A stretch of 64,000 nt of DNA from a virus. This document shows, piece after piece, positions 1 to 9,709 of the stretch. The stretch is taken from positions 1-64,000 of IMG/VR virus record IMGVR_UViG_3300032334_000335; one strand, 5' to 3'. How positions within the stretch are numbered: the first letter of the stretch is position 1; the number at the start of each line of letters is the position of its first letter. Both the position numbers and the translations under genes were made by a program. A model generated the notes under the pieces. It saw only the letters and a program-made list of their open reading frames with translations. It ran no database searches and was not told the origin of the DNA.

Positions 1-414
1 ACACAATGGAATCCACTAACACTACAAGGTGCTGGTTTATTCCACATCGCAATGGGTGCAGTTCTTGGTATTGCGGCATTTGGTCGTACACAAGAAAAAC
101 TTAACGGAGCAAATAATGGCGGAGCACAAGTACCATCAAGCGGCTTTACAGCACCTAGCACACCTTCAACAGGATTCGGTGCCGCACCAGGGGGCTTCGG
201 TGCTCCAACAACAGGCAGTTTCGGAGGCGGCTTTGGAAGCGCACCTGCAACAGCAGCGCCATCAGCAACAGGCTTTGGTAGTAGTACAGGATTTGGAGCG
301 GCAACGCCTGCACCAAGTACAGCAGTTAACCCAACACCAAGCTGGGGAACAACACCGATAGCATCAAGCAGTGGTAAACTAGGCCCTGCGCCACAACAAG
401 ACCCAGTCTTATAA
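1..414 (+). CDS. Partial (5'-truncated) holin-like membrane protein with FG-rich low-complexity C-tail
   Basis: Frame +1 is open from base 1 (TQWNPLTLQGAGLFHIAMGAVLGIAAFGRTQEK). A hydrophobic helix resembling 3TM holin-like proteins is followed by a G/S/T/P/F-rich tail. Confidence 0.55.
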   Translation, partial: TQWNPLTLQGAGLFHIAMGAVLGIAAFGRTQEKLNGANNGGAQVPSSGFTAPSTPSTGFGAAPGGFGAPTTGSFGGGFGSAPATAAPSATGFGSSTGFGAATPAPSTAVNPTPSWGTTPIASSSGKLGPAPQQDPVL

Positions 415-426
415 GGAAAATATATC

Positions 427-642
427 ATGAAAAAACTATTAGCACTTTTGGTTATGGCAGCATTAGTAACTCCGGTTATGGCTGCTGAAGAAGGCACAAC
501 TAAAAAAGTATGTTTAGACGTTCAAGGCAAAGACGGTAAACCAGTTATCGATCCAAAAACTAAAAAGCCAAAACAAGATTGCAAGACTGTAAAAGTACAT
601 AAAAAACACGAAGGCACAGCGATTCCTGAAAAGAAAAAATAA
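427..642 (+). CDS. Small secreted/periplasmic basic protein
   Basis: SD AAGGA; Sec signal MKKLLALLVMAALVTPVMA-A; two Cys; Lys-rich. Confidence 0.7.
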   Translation: MKKLLALLVMAALVTPVMAAEEGTTKKVCLDVQGKDGKPVIDPKTKKPKQDCKTVKVHKKHEGTAIPEKKK

Positions 643-666
643 TCACTCAGTAAATCTTTATTAAAT

Positions 667-696
667 AATAGGACTGCTTGACAGTCCTATTTTTTT
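667..696 (+). terminator. Rho-independent terminator
   Basis: AATAGGACTG-cttga-CAGTCCTATT followed by a T run. Confidence 0.8.
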
Positions 697-706
697 CGTA
701 TATTAT
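678..706 (+). promoter_or_regulatory. Sigma70-type promoter for the dnaJ operon, overlapping the terminator
   Basis: TTGACA(678-683)-17 nt-TATTAT(701-706), 9 nt before the ATG at 716. Confidence 0.7.
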
Positions 707-715
707 AAAGAGACT

Positions 716-1558
716 ATGGATTATTATCAAACACTAGGTTTACGTAGAGGCGCATCAGACGCCGACATTAAAAAAGCCTATCGCAGCATGGCGATGAAGC
801 ATCATCCTGACCGCGGTGGGGACGAGAAGAAATTTAAAGAGATTTCTCAAGCCTATGATTTCTTAAGCGACCCAGAAAAGAAACGTATGATTGATGCTGG
901 TATGGACCCAAATCAGCAACAAGGCGGTTTCCATCATGGTGGCGGCAACCCATTCGAATTCCATTTTAATACTGGGAATATGGACGACATATTCAGCCAG
1001 TTCGGCTTCGGAGGATTTGGCCAACGTCCTATGAGAAAAAATAGGCATCTTAACATTACTATAGAACTATCGCTAGAAGAAGTACTCACAGGTAAAGAGT
1101 TAAATGCAGAACTTTCTGTCCCAGGAGGACAAAAGAAAATGATTAACATTTCAGTACCTGCTGGTATTGAAACTGGGCAACAGATTAGATATCAAGGCAT
1201 GGGCGACCATTCAATGCCAGACATTCCGCCAGGAGACTTATTGGTTAATGTTATTGTACAACATCATCCGCAGTTTCATAGAGAAGGTGATTCATTGATA
1301 TATGAACATCCTATTTCTGTATGGGATGCAATGATCGGAAGTAATATTAACATAACAACGTTAGATAATAAGAATCTAAATGTTATGGTTCCTCCAGGAA
1401 CACAACCGGATACAGTATTAGGATGCAAAGGTGAAGGTCTTCCTAATATGCGTACCAAAGTTCGTGGCAATCTTTTAATCAGATTAAAAGTTCAGATTCC
1501 TAGATCGCTTACTCCTAATCAACATGCAATGATAAGACAAATAAAAGATGGATTTTAA
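716..1558 (+). CDS. dnaJ: DnaJ/CbpA-class co-chaperone (J domain, G/F region, C-terminal domain, no Zn finger)
   Basis: DYYQTLG...HHPDRGG (HPD motif); C-domain GEGLP...RGNLL. Confidence 0.95.
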   Translation: MDYYQTLGLRRGASDADIKKAYRSMAMKHHPDRGGDEKKFKEISQAYDFLSDPEKKRMIDAGMDPNQQQGGFHHGGGNPFEFHFNTGNMDDIFSQFGFGGFGQRPMRKNRHLNITIELSLEEVLTGKELNAELSVPGGQKKMINISVPAGIETGQQIRYQGMGDHSMPDIPPGDLLVNVIVQHHPQFHREGDSLIYEHPISVWDAMIGSNINITTLDNKNLNVMVPPGTQPDTVLGCKGEGLPNMRTKVRGNLLIRLKVQIPRSLTPNQHAMIRQIKDGF

Positions 1559-2042
1559 ACTAGGCCCTCACGAAAGTCTAACAGAAGTTAGCACTCCTTG
1601 GAACTTTGAAACTGACGGCGATGCTGTTCAACTAGAACAACAAATGATCGATTTCATGAAAGCGAATCATGGAATCGGTCTTGCCGCAAACCAAATAGGC
1701 ATTCTGAAAAGAGTGTTTGTTATGGGCAGTGAAAACATTGAAGGATTCCCGAAACCTTTTGCTGTCTTTAACCCTGTTATTAAAGAAGCAAGTAAAGAAC
1801 TGATCTTAGATCAAGAAGGATGCCTAAGCTATCCTGATCTGTTTCTAAAAGTCAAACGTCCAGAGTGGATTGTTGCTGAATATCAAGACAGTCAGGGAAA
1901 TGTTAACGAAATTAAGATAGATGGATATCTAAGCAAATGCTTTCAACACGAATACGATCACCTGAATGGCATATGTTTTGTTGACAGGGTATCACGTATG
2001 AAGTTACAATTAGCTATGCAGAAACTAAGGAAAAAGAAATAA
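1548..2042 (+). CDS. def: Peptide deformylase
   Basis: Motifs GIGLAANQIG, EGCLS, QHEYDHLNG. Confidence 0.97.
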   Translation: MDFKLGPHESLTEVSTPWNFETDGDAVQLEQQMIDFMKANHGIGLAANQIGILKRVFVMGSENIEGFPKPFAVFNPVIKEASKELILDQEGCLSYPDLFLKVKRPEWIVAEYQDSQGNVNEIKIDGYLSKCFQHEYDHLNGICFVDRVSRMKLQLAMQKLRKKK

Positions 2043-2043
2043 T

Positions 2044-4386
2044 ATGATTGAACCAAGTCAAAGTCTCCAAACTATTTTTGAAAATTCAGTGTCAGTCGCT
2101 AAGAAACTCGGTCACGAGTATATTACCATAGAACATATAGTTTTTGGTATTATGAATGACCCAGAATCTTTTGCAATGATCGAAGGGTTTGGTGCCGATG
2201 CTAACTTTATCAAAACAAATCTAGATCATTATCTAAAAAATAATCTCAATGATATTAAGACCCTAGATCCTAATAATAGACCACGTAAAACAAACAGTGT
2301 TGAACGTGTGCTTAATCGATGCTTTACACAGGTATTGTTTAGCGGTCGTCAAAAGATGGAAGTATCTGATGTAATCATTAGTGTACTATCAGAAAAGAAT
2401 AGCTTTGGTTTTTACTTCCTACAAAAGGGCGGAGTTACTAAAGAAAAGTTTGTACAGTATTTTCAAGAACACCTTGTAGTTGAAGATGAAGAGGAACAAG
2501 AAACCAGAGTGATTAATCCTTCACAAGCAGACAAGATACTTAATCAGTTCTGTACTAATCTCAGTTTAAAAGCAAAACAGAAACTCATCGATCCAGTTAT
2601 CGGTCGTGATGAAGAACTTGAAAAAATACAACTTGTACTGGCTCGACGCAACAAGTGCAACGTGCTTATGGTAGGTGACCCAGGTGTAGGTAAAACTGCT
2701 ATCGCAGAAGGTCTCGCTAGAAAAATCTTTGAAGGTAAGGTTCCTAAGTTTATCAAAGATCACCAAGTGTATACTTTAGATATTTCAGCGTTACTTGCTG
2801 GCAGTAAGTATAGAGGTGACTTCGAAGAACGTGTCAAGGCTGTGTTGACTGCACTAGAACGCAAAGGTAAAATCATTTTGTTTATCGACGAAGCACACAT
2901 GATGCAGGGTGCAGGTGCTGCAAATCAAAGCAGCAACGACATGAGCAATATGATTAAACCTATCCTTACTAAGGGCGTGATTAAACTTATTGCATCAACT
3001 ACTTGGGAAGAATATCGCAAGCACTTTGAAAAGGATCGTGCGCTGATGCGTCGATTCCAACGCATCACTGTTGACGAACCAAGTCCAGAGATGACAGTTA
3101 AAATCCTTAAAGGTATTAAGAAGTATTACGAAAAACATCACAACGTTAGAATCTCTGATGCAGCTATCGATCAAGCAGTTAAACTTTCTGTCAAGTATAT
3201 GACAGATAAGAAGCTGCCAGATAAAGCCATCGACATCTTAGATTGTGCGGCCGCTCGATACAAGATCAAAGATGATCCGGAAACTGAAGGCGTAGAACAA
3301 ATAGTAGATATTGAGCAAGTTACATACGAACTTAGCAAAATGATTAACATGCCTTTAGAAACTGTGGCACAGAAAGAAAGCAAGAATCTTGCAGACTTAG
3401 AACAAGGCATGAAAGGTTCAGTCTACGGGCAAGACGGTGCTGTTAATACATTGCTTGATAAAATCTTTGTAGCACAAGCAGGAATGAAATCACCTAACAA
3501 ACCTATCGGGTCATTTTTACTACTTGGACCAACTGGTACAGGTAAAACAGAAACTGCTAAAACACTTGCAGACAAGATGGGAATGTCGTTGGTACGATTT
3601 GATATGGGTGAATACCAAGAGAAGCACTCTGTGGCACGATTGATCGGTGCTCCTCCTGGTTATGTTGGCTATGAAGATAATGCTGGTCAACTAATCACTA
3701 AGTTGCAGGAAACTCCAAATGCGATTTTGTTATTAGACGAAGTTGAAAAAGCACATCCAGATGTTATGAATATTTTGTTAGCATTCATGGATAATGGCTT
3801 TATCACTGGTTCGAATGGAAAACAAGCAGACGGTCGCAACACTATCTTGCTTATGACATCAAATCTAGGTGCTCGTGATAACGAAAACAATACTATTGGG
3901 TTTGGCGATCTTGGCAAAGACGGTGAAGATGACAAAGCAGTTAAGAAGTTCTTTGCTCCCGAGTTCCGTAATCGTTTAGATGCTATTATCAAGTTCACTA
4001 GCCTTAGCAGTGAAGTTGTATTGCAGATTGTTAAGAAGTTTGTCAGCGAACTCAACGGACAAATGAAAGACAAAGGAATCGAAATTGTTTTAGACAGCAA
4101 AGCAACGAAATGGTTAGCAGCAAAAGGCTATGACAAGAAGATGGGTGCTAGACCTTTATCTAGAGTTATTGATAACGAAGTTAAATCTCCGTTAAGTCGA
4201 CGTATCCTGTTCGGAGATCTAGTAGACGGCGGTCGTGTAAACATCACAGTTGAAGATGACAAACTGGTATTTACAGTCACTGAACTTCCTAAACCTCTAA
4301 CTAAAGAAGAAAAGAAAGCACTAAAGAGAGCGATGATTGAAAAGGAGTTAGCTGATGCAATTATCGAAGACCAAGATAACCAGTAG
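2044..4386 (+). CDS. clpA: ClpA-type AAA+ unfoldase
   Basis: Clp N domain; two Walker A motifs (GDPGVGKT, GPTGTGKT); LIGAPPGYVG; IGF ClpP-docking loop; no ClpB middle domain. Confidence 0.95.
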   Translation: MIEPSQSLQTIFENSVSVAKKLGHEYITIEHIVFGIMNDPESFAMIEGFGADANFIKTNLDHYLKNNLNDIKTLDPNNRPRKTNSVERVLNRCFTQVLFSGRQKMEVSDVIISVLSEKNSFGFYFLQKGGVTKEKFVQYFQEHLVVEDEEEQETRVINPSQADKILNQFCTNLSLKAKQKLIDPVIGRDEELEKIQLVLARRNKCNVLMVGDPGVGKTAIAEGLARKIFEGKVPKFIKDHQVYTLDISALLAGSKYRGDFEERVKAVLTALERKGKIILFIDEAHMMQGAGAANQSSNDMSNMIKPILTKGVIKLIASTTWEEYRKHFEKDRALMRRFQRITVDEPSPEMTVKILKGIKKYYEKHHNVRISDAAIDQAVKLSVKYMTDKKLPDKAIDILDCAAARYKIKDDPETEGVEQIVDIEQVTYELSKMINMPLETVAQKESKNLADLEQGMKGSVYGQDGAVNTLLDKIFVAQAGMKSPNKPIGSFLLLGPTGTGKTETAKTLADKMGMSLVRFDMGEYQEKHSVARLIGAPPGYVGYEDNAGQLITKLQETPNAILLLDEVEKAHPDVMNILLAFMDNGFITGSNGKQADGRNTILLMTSNLGARDNENNTIGFGDLGKDGEDDKAVKKFFAPEFRNRLDAIIKFTSLSSEVVLQIVKKFVSELNGQMKDKGIEIVLDSKATKWLAAKGYDKKMGARPLSRVIDNEVKSPLSRRILFGDLVDGGRVNITVEDDKLVFTVTELPKPLTKEEKKALKRAMIEKELADAIIEDQDNQ

Positions 4387-5026
4387 AAAGTTCTACAATA
4401 AATGGTTGTATAAAGTTTCTCTAAAAATGCCAGGAATGGCAGTATTTCGAAACAAAACTCTGGATGATGTTGAGCAATACTGCTTGATAGTCACTCCGGA
4501 GACTAAAGAAAGGTCTTATTCATTAGCTGCCAAAGTCTACGCTAATAAAGAATATCTCTTAGAGATGGTTAGATTCCTAAAGACGTATGACGAATCTATC
4601 TGGTCAAAGCGTATAGAAACAGATACTGTTGATCTTTATACCAATGATAAAGAGTTTTACGATGCTGTTTCTATAAAGTTTGACAACATGCTGGTTCATA
4701 GATTTGAGCCATCTGGTGAAACAATAGATTCTCATACTATTGTAGGAAAGAAACTGCCGCATAACAAATATCAGTTTAGAGTTTATCTACTGCCTCATAA
4801 AATGGCACACGACAAATCAACTAAGCAACAATACATTAACTGGATTAAAAAGCAAGGTGACAAGATTACCTGCACTCCTGCTGTAGAAAGTTGGTTTCTA
4901 ACTACAGACTGGAACTGGGACCGTAGATATGTACTAGTCGAAGATGAACAAACCCTGTTAATGCTTAAACTACGTAATGCTGAAGTTGTAGGTCGTATTT
5001 ACAAATATGTAGTTTCCGATAAATAA
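4355..5026 (+). CDS. Hypothetical protein
   Basis: 223-aa ORF overlapping the clpA end; AGGAG SD. Confidence 0.7.
   Translation: MQLSKTKITSRKFYNKWLYKVSLKMPGMAVFRNKTLDDVEQYCLIVTPETKERSYSLAAKVYANKEYLLEMVRFLKTYDESIWSKRIETDTVDLYTNDKEFYDAVSIKFDNMLVHRFEPSGETIDSHTIVGKKLPHNKYQFRVYLLPHKMAHDKSTKQQYINWIKKQGDKITCTPAVESWFLTTDWNWDRRYVLVEDEQTLLMLKLRNAEVVGRIYKYVVSDK
5020..5025 (+). promoter_or_regulatory. T4-like late promoter (TAAATA)
   Basis: GATAAATA-4 nt-ATG. Confidence 0.6.
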
Positions 5027-5029
5027 CAG

Positions 5030-5383
5030 ATGTCCACTGAAATCCTAACTCTACTATCAAACATCACTACAGAATCAGCTGATGCTAACTTCACTTATGG
5101 TGCAAAATGCAAAGGTGCTGGCTATCAAAAGGGCGGAGATGGCGTACATACTGCCGTTTACGTATTCAATAATTTTAAAGGAACTGTTAAAATACAGGCT
5201 ACTTTAGAACTTTATCCTGGTGATAACGATTGGTTTGATGTTACAGGAACAGAACTTGGCGGAGACAGTACAGTTATTAATGCTGCTACCCTTTCTCGCA
5301 CGTTTGTAGGCAAGTTTGTGTGGATTCGTGCTGCATATAATCTACAAAACGGTACAATCACCGAAATCCGTTATAATTACTAA
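5030..5383 (+). CDS. Hypothetical beta-rich late protein
   Basis: 117-aa ORF directly after TAAATA. Confidence 0.7.
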   Translation: MSTEILTLLSNITTESADANFTYGAKCKGAGYQKGGDGVHTAVYVFNNFKGTVKIQATLELYPGDNDWFDVTGTELGGDSTVINAATLSRTFVGKFVWIRAAYNLQNGTITEIRYNY

Positions 5384-5397
5384 CCAGCACTAAACGA

Positions 5398-5403
5398 TAA
5401 ATA
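5398..5403 (+). promoter_or_regulatory. T4-like late promoter (TAAATA)
   Basis: GATAAATA-4 nt-ATG. Confidence 0.6.
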
Positions 5404-5407
5404 TAGT

Positions 5408-5683
5408 ATGACTTCTCAGGAACATACTATGCGTGACATTTTATCAAAACTCGATGCTATCGTTAGCGAAACAGCACTAAACCCTAAAGATCCTAAAGGC
5501 GATTACGAAGCCAAATCTAAGGCTCTGCAAGATCTAGAGATGGATCCAGAAAGCAAAGATCCTGAGATCAGCAAGGCTATTATTCAACGTAAAGCCGATC
5601 TTGAAAAAGAAGCCAAAGCCGCAGGCATTAAAGAAAGCCTAGCACGTTGGCAAGAACGCTACAAAGCTAGCAGGGGCAAGTAA
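5408..5683 (+). CDS. Hypothetical protein, putative internal head protein
   Basis: Charged 91-aa ORF; MRDILSKLDAIVSE leader-like segment. Confidence 0.6.
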   Translation: MTSQEHTMRDILSKLDAIVSETALNPKDPKGDYEAKSKALQDLEMDPESKDPEISKAIIQRKADLEKEAKAAGIKESLARWQERYKASRGK

Positions 5684-6024
5684 TGTTACTAAAAGAGATG
5701 TTTTCGCCTATCGGAGCGCCTAAGGATGATCAATCTGAAATAGATTGGTTAGGTGATCTCAAGTTCTACATTGACAACAACGATGATATGCTAGACAAGC
5801 ATTTCTTCCCTGCTATCGAAAAACATAAAAAATATCATAAGCATCCAGAAGTATATAAGTTGTATATCAAACCCATTGAAAGAATGGCAGAATGCTACTG
5901 TGAAGAGTTTGATGTTGAGAATAAAGAAGAAAAGTTTCCTAAAGACAAGCTAATCGAACTGGCAAAAAGTATAGCCGATGAGCAAGATAGACATATAGAA
6001 CGCGGCGACTATGAAACTAAATGA
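5683..6024 (+). CDS. Hypothetical protein
   Basis: 113 aa; TAATG coupling; N-terminus MLLKEMF. Confidence 0.7.
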   Translation: MLLKEMFSPIGAPKDDQSEIDWLGDLKFYIDNNDDMLDKHFFPAIEKHKKYHKHPEVYKLYIKPIERMAECYCEEFDVENKEEKFPKDKLIELAKSIADEQDRHIERGDYETK

Positions 6025-7204
6025 GCTTTTTGAATCAGAAGTAAAGCATATAGCATTCTGCTTTGGCAGAATGAATCCTCCTACGATTGGTCATCAGCAG
6101 GTTTTATCTACAGTATCTAGCGTAGGTGGAGATTATAAAATCTTTGTTAGCCAGACACAAGATAAAAAGAAAAATCCCCTAGACTATCCTACAAAGATTA
6201 AGTTTTTAAAATTAATGTTTCCAAAGTTTGCTGGCGCTATTGTTGAAGATTCAAGTTTAAACACTATTGGCAAAGTTTGTAGTCACTTATATGATCAGGG
6301 ATATAGACATATAACCCTAGTCGCTGGTAGCGATAGACTAGAAGATATGTTAAAATTAATCAAAGACTACAACGGCATCGAAGGCAAAGCTCACGGATTC
6401 TACAAGTTTGATACTATCGATGGTAAGAGCAGCGGAGATCGAGATCCGGATGCCGAAGGTATATCAGGTGTTAGTGCCAGCAATGCTAGAGCAGCAGCAG
6501 CTAATGGAAACTTAGAAGAGTTTAACAAAGCCACTGGTGCTGGGCAATATGCAGAAGAACTTTATAATGCTGTTCGTAAAGGTATGGGCATTAAAGATGT
6601 TCCTGCTAAAGAAGGCTTTATGAATTTTCTAAAGACTGAACCGCCTAAAAAGAAATGGAATCCAGCAACTGATTCTAGAGTAATCAGTAACAAGAAAGAT
6701 GACGATAACTGGATTAAGCTTCTATTAGACAAACATCGTAGAGGCATCGAACTTACAGATCGTGAATGGCATTCTATAGAGCAATGGAAACTGAAACGTG
6801 CGATGAAAGGTGAAGATGCTGCCGGAGTTGGTACTATTACAAAACAAAACACAACTAAAGATGTAAACAAAGGCACACTTCGTAAAATGATGAAAGCCTA
6901 TCATCTTGTAGACGATGTCAATGAAGCACCTATTGAATTAGATCGTGAAGATCCAATGAATCCTATGATTTATGGACACGATAAAGCAAACCCTGCTAAA
7001 CTGAAATATCGTATGCTACGTGCAGCAGGTCAACTAAAAGATCTAGCTAGCCGTGCTGAAAATGCCAGTCCCGGAGAGTGGCAGTTGATGGCTCGACAGT
7101 TTGAAGAATTAAAAATGAACATAGAACAGATTCGCCATGCTCTTGAAGAACTTTCAAAGATTAGAAGCAAAGGCGGAATCAAATCTAGAGGAATAACAGT
7201 ATGA
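6011..7204 (+). CDS. Cytidylyltransferase-like (HxGH) nucleotidyltransferase with C-terminal extra modules
   Basis: FGRMNPPTIGH, KNPL, VAGSDR and SAS motifs, then about 200 aa of unrelated modules. Confidence 0.8.
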   Translation: MKLNELFESEVKHIAFCFGRMNPPTIGHQQVLSTVSSVGGDYKIFVSQTQDKKKNPLDYPTKIKFLKLMFPKFAGAIVEDSSLNTIGKVCSHLYDQGYRHITLVAGSDRLEDMLKLIKDYNGIEGKAHGFYKFDTIDGKSSGDRDPDAEGISGVSASNARAAAANGNLEEFNKATGAGQYAEELYNAVRKGMGIKDVPAKEGFMNFLKTEPPKKKWNPATDSRVISNKKDDDNWIKLLLDKHRRGIELTDREWHSIEQWKLKRAMKGEDAAGVGTITKQNTTKDVNKGTLRKMMKAYHLVDDVNEAPIELDREDPMNPMIYGHDKANPAKLKYRMLRAAGQLKDLASRAENASPGEWQLMARQFEELKMNIEQIRHALEELSKIRSKGGIKSRGITV

Positions 7205-7971
7205 AAGCAAAAGAATTTATCACAGGCGTTAAGCCTCGAAACTTTGTAGCCAAGAATGCCAAGACAGGTGGTGCAGGTGCTCATAAAGACAAAAAGAAAG
7301 CTGCTAAACAAGGTGATGTTAAACACAAGAAGCAAAGTGTAGAAGAAAGCGTTCAATGGCAAAATATGGATCCAAAGTCCGCTAGACGACTCCTTAGCGT
7401 TTACAGAGACCTATCATCTGATCTAGAACAACACGGTGATGAAGAACAAGCGAGTGCATTGTATAAAGAGCTAGCATCAACAGCAAGAGAAGAGGGTGTT
7501 CAAAGTGAATTTAGAAACCTATGTCATGCCGCTCAACACAGCGCACATATGGATTTTGATACTAACCCAGGACATTTTAAAAACTGGTTCCCCTATGTTG
7601 GTGAACTATTGGATCATGTTGCTGAGGAAGATGATGAGCCAGACTACGAAATGGAACCAGATGATAACACTGACGACAGCTATGCGTTAGCAAGTGCAGG
7701 TCACGGTAGCGATGAAGATTACGAAAGCATTAATATGGAACGTGTGCGAGATCCTGAAGATTGGGATGAAGGCAATACTGAGCCGCCAAATAACTTTGCT
7801 GTCTATATCAATGGTAAGAAATGGAAAGTATTTGCCGGACGTGGAACTTACGCCGACGATCAAAGAGAAAGACAACACTATCGCCAACTGCAAGACTGGG
7901 CTGCAAAGAAATCTGCATCAACAGGCAAGAAGTGGACTGTACACGTAACTGGTGAGGCACCTACAGCATAA
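7201..7971 (+). CDS. Modular hypothetical protein, putative internal head protein
   Basis: MKAKEFI N-terminus; basic module, acidic linker, C-terminal module. Confidence 0.65.
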   Translation: MKAKEFITGVKPRNFVAKNAKTGGAGAHKDKKKAAKQGDVKHKKQSVEESVQWQNMDPKSARRLLSVYRDLSSDLEQHGDEEQASALYKELASTAREEGVQSEFRNLCHAAQHSAHMDFDTNPGHFKNWFPYVGELLDHVAEEDDEPDYEMEPDDNTDDSYALASAGHGSDEDYESINMERVRDPEDWDEGNTEPPNNFAVYINGKKWKVFAGRGTYADDQRERQHYRQLQDWAAKKSASTGKKWTVHVTGEAPTA

Positions 7972-8192
7972 TGGACGAACTAGCTGATATCAAACGCCTT
8001 GCAGGCATAACAGAGTTCAAAGGCCTGCAGCCGTATGGTGGCAGCAATATAAGTATTACTGGTATGACTAATCAAGAGCTAGAACGTAAGCATAATATTA
8101 AACCAGGAACTCCAGAATGGTTTCAGTTATGGTTTTCAAAGCCATACTTAACAGGTGAAAAGAAAATAGGTGACGACAAATGGTTGAGATAA
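7971..8192 (+). CDS. Hypothetical protein
   Basis: 73 aa; [11 protein letters not shown]...[13 protein letters not shown]. Confidence 0.65.
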   Translation: MDELADIKRLAGITEFKGLQPYGGSNISITGMTNQELERKHNIKPGTPEWFQLWFSKPYLTGEKKIGDDKWLR

Positions 8193-8506
8193 CAGAATCA
8201 GCAAAGAGTAAAATTATCGATCTTCTTACTGAAGAGAATAATCCCAAGTTGGCTCTTCGTACATTCGTTCAAGGTGGCGGGTGTGCTGGATTCAGTTATG
8301 GCTTTACATTTGACGAAGAAAGAAACGAAGATGATTTTGAGTTTCCTCTAAACGAAAAGTATAATGTTTTGGTAGATGCTATGAGTATGCAATACCTACA
8401 AGGCGCAGAGATAGACTACAAAGAAGAAATAATGGGCAGTCAGTTTGTGATTAAAAATCCTAATGCTCAAACTAGCTGTGGATGCGGGAGTAGCTTTTCA
8501 GTATGA
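8180..8506 (+). CDS. A-type Fe-S carrier (IscA/ErpA/HesB family)
   Basis: GGGCAGFSY and [14 protein letters not shown] motifs. Confidence 0.95.
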   Translation: MVEITESAKSKIIDLLTEENNPKLALRTFVQGGGCAGFSYGFTFDEERNEDDFEFPLNEKYNVLVDAMSMQYLQGAEIDYKEEIMGSQFVIKNPNAQTSCGCGSSFSV

Positions 8507-8688
8507 AAGACAAAAAATACTATTATACAAAAGAAGAGTGGGATCGTTTAGGATGCGGCCCATTGCCTGAAGATCGAGATATCGCTAAGTTAAATCCTCA
8601 AGATATTAACTGGGGTGCTTATCTTGTGTTTCCAGAAAGATTACATGAGGATTCGGACGAAAAAATAAATCCGTATAGCCAGGTATGA
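8503..8688 (+). CDS. Hypothetical protein
   Basis: 61-aa ORF with ATGA coupling at both ends. Confidence 0.55.
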   Translation: MKDKKYYYTKEEWDRLGCGPLPEDRDIAKLNPQDINWGAYLVFPERLHEDSDEKINPYSQV

Positions 8689-9311
8689 GAATAACAGAAA
8701 TACTAACAGAAGCAGTCAAACAACGACTAGATCCAAAGTGCTGGAAAGGCAAACATAAAGAAGGCACTAAGATCAAAGGCGGTGTTCGTGTAAACAACTG
8801 TGTTCCTAACGAAGGCATTGAAGAAGCAGGTAGCCCAGCACAGCAGGCTGCGATTGCTATCAACATGAAGAAGCATCATAAGAAACCTAAGAATGAAAGT
8901 CTAGAGCAAGAGTTTGATCTTATCGAAAACATCATTGAACAGATCGCAGATCAAAATGCAGTTGATGTAGATCTTGTATGGGAAGATTTAGAAAGTCTAA
9001 CCGATGATGAGTTGTATGCGTTTGCTGTTACAACCCCAGTAATGGAAGACTGGCAGAAAGTTAACAAGCATGATAAGACTGACGGTATGAGCAAGAAAGC
9101 CGTTAATGCTTATCGTAGAGAACATCCAGGCAGCAAACTTAAAACTGCTGTAACTACCAAGCCTAGTAAGTTAAAGCGTGGCAGCAAAGCCAGCAAGCGT
9201 CGAAGCAGTTATTGTTCTAGATCAGCTGGTCAAAAGAAAATGCATCACATAGATTGTAGTAAAACTCCAGACAAAGCAATCTGTAAAGCACGTCGTCGTT
9301 GGAACTGCTGA
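8685..9311 (+). CDS. Modular basic protein, putative internal head/DNA-binding polyprotein
   Basis: MRITEILTE leader; CWKG...NCVP module; basic C-terminal module ending ARRRWNC. Confidence 0.65.
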   Translation: MRITEILTEAVKQRLDPKCWKGKHKEGTKIKGGVRVNNCVPNEGIEEAGSPAQQAAIAINMKKHHKKPKNESLEQEFDLIENIIEQIADQNAVDVDLVWEDLESLTDDELYAFAVTTPVMEDWQKVNKHDKTDGMSKKAVNAYRREHPGSKLKTAVTTKPSKLKRGSKASKRRSSYCSRSAGQKKMHHIDCSKTPDKAICKARRRWNC

Positions 9312-9709
9312 TGCGACAGTATATCAATATCCTAGAAGCAGCTAATAAGGGATGTCCTATTGCTACTCACGATTTAGAAATCAATGTCAAGAATCGTCAA
9401 ACAGCTATAGACAAACATCACTATGGTCCTGCCAATCCTGATGAACCGGGCAACTACTGGAAAGAGTCGGCCAAGCAATGGGGTATTGATGAAAAGACTG
9501 CTAAAACAATGCAATGTGCAAACTGTGCGGCATTTAACATTACAGATGCTATGTATAAATGTATACAAGACGGCATGGGCAAAGAAGCATACGAAGCAGA
9601 AAAGACTCGTGAAGCCGCAGACTTAGGTTATTGCAATCTACTACATTTTAAGTGTGCCGGTACACGCAGTTGCGAACTATGGATTACAGGTGGACCTATT
9701 ACCAAATGA
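9299..9709 (+). CDS. Cys-rich hypothetical protein (likely start MRQYINILE at 9311)
   Basis: CANCAAF, GYC, FKCAGTRSC pattern. Confidence 0.65.
   Translation: MELLMRQYINILEAANKGCPIATHDLEINVKNRQTAIDKHHYGPANPDEPGNYWKESAKQWGIDEKTAKTMQCANCAAFNITDAMYKCIQDGMGKEAYEAEKTREAADLGYCNLLHFKCAGTRSCELWITGGPITK

Noticed and set aside
29-361. Gln-rich 110-aa ORF, and the many other short overlapping or antisense ORFs in the track
   Set aside because: They are shadow frames of well-supported genes and lack RBS or motifs
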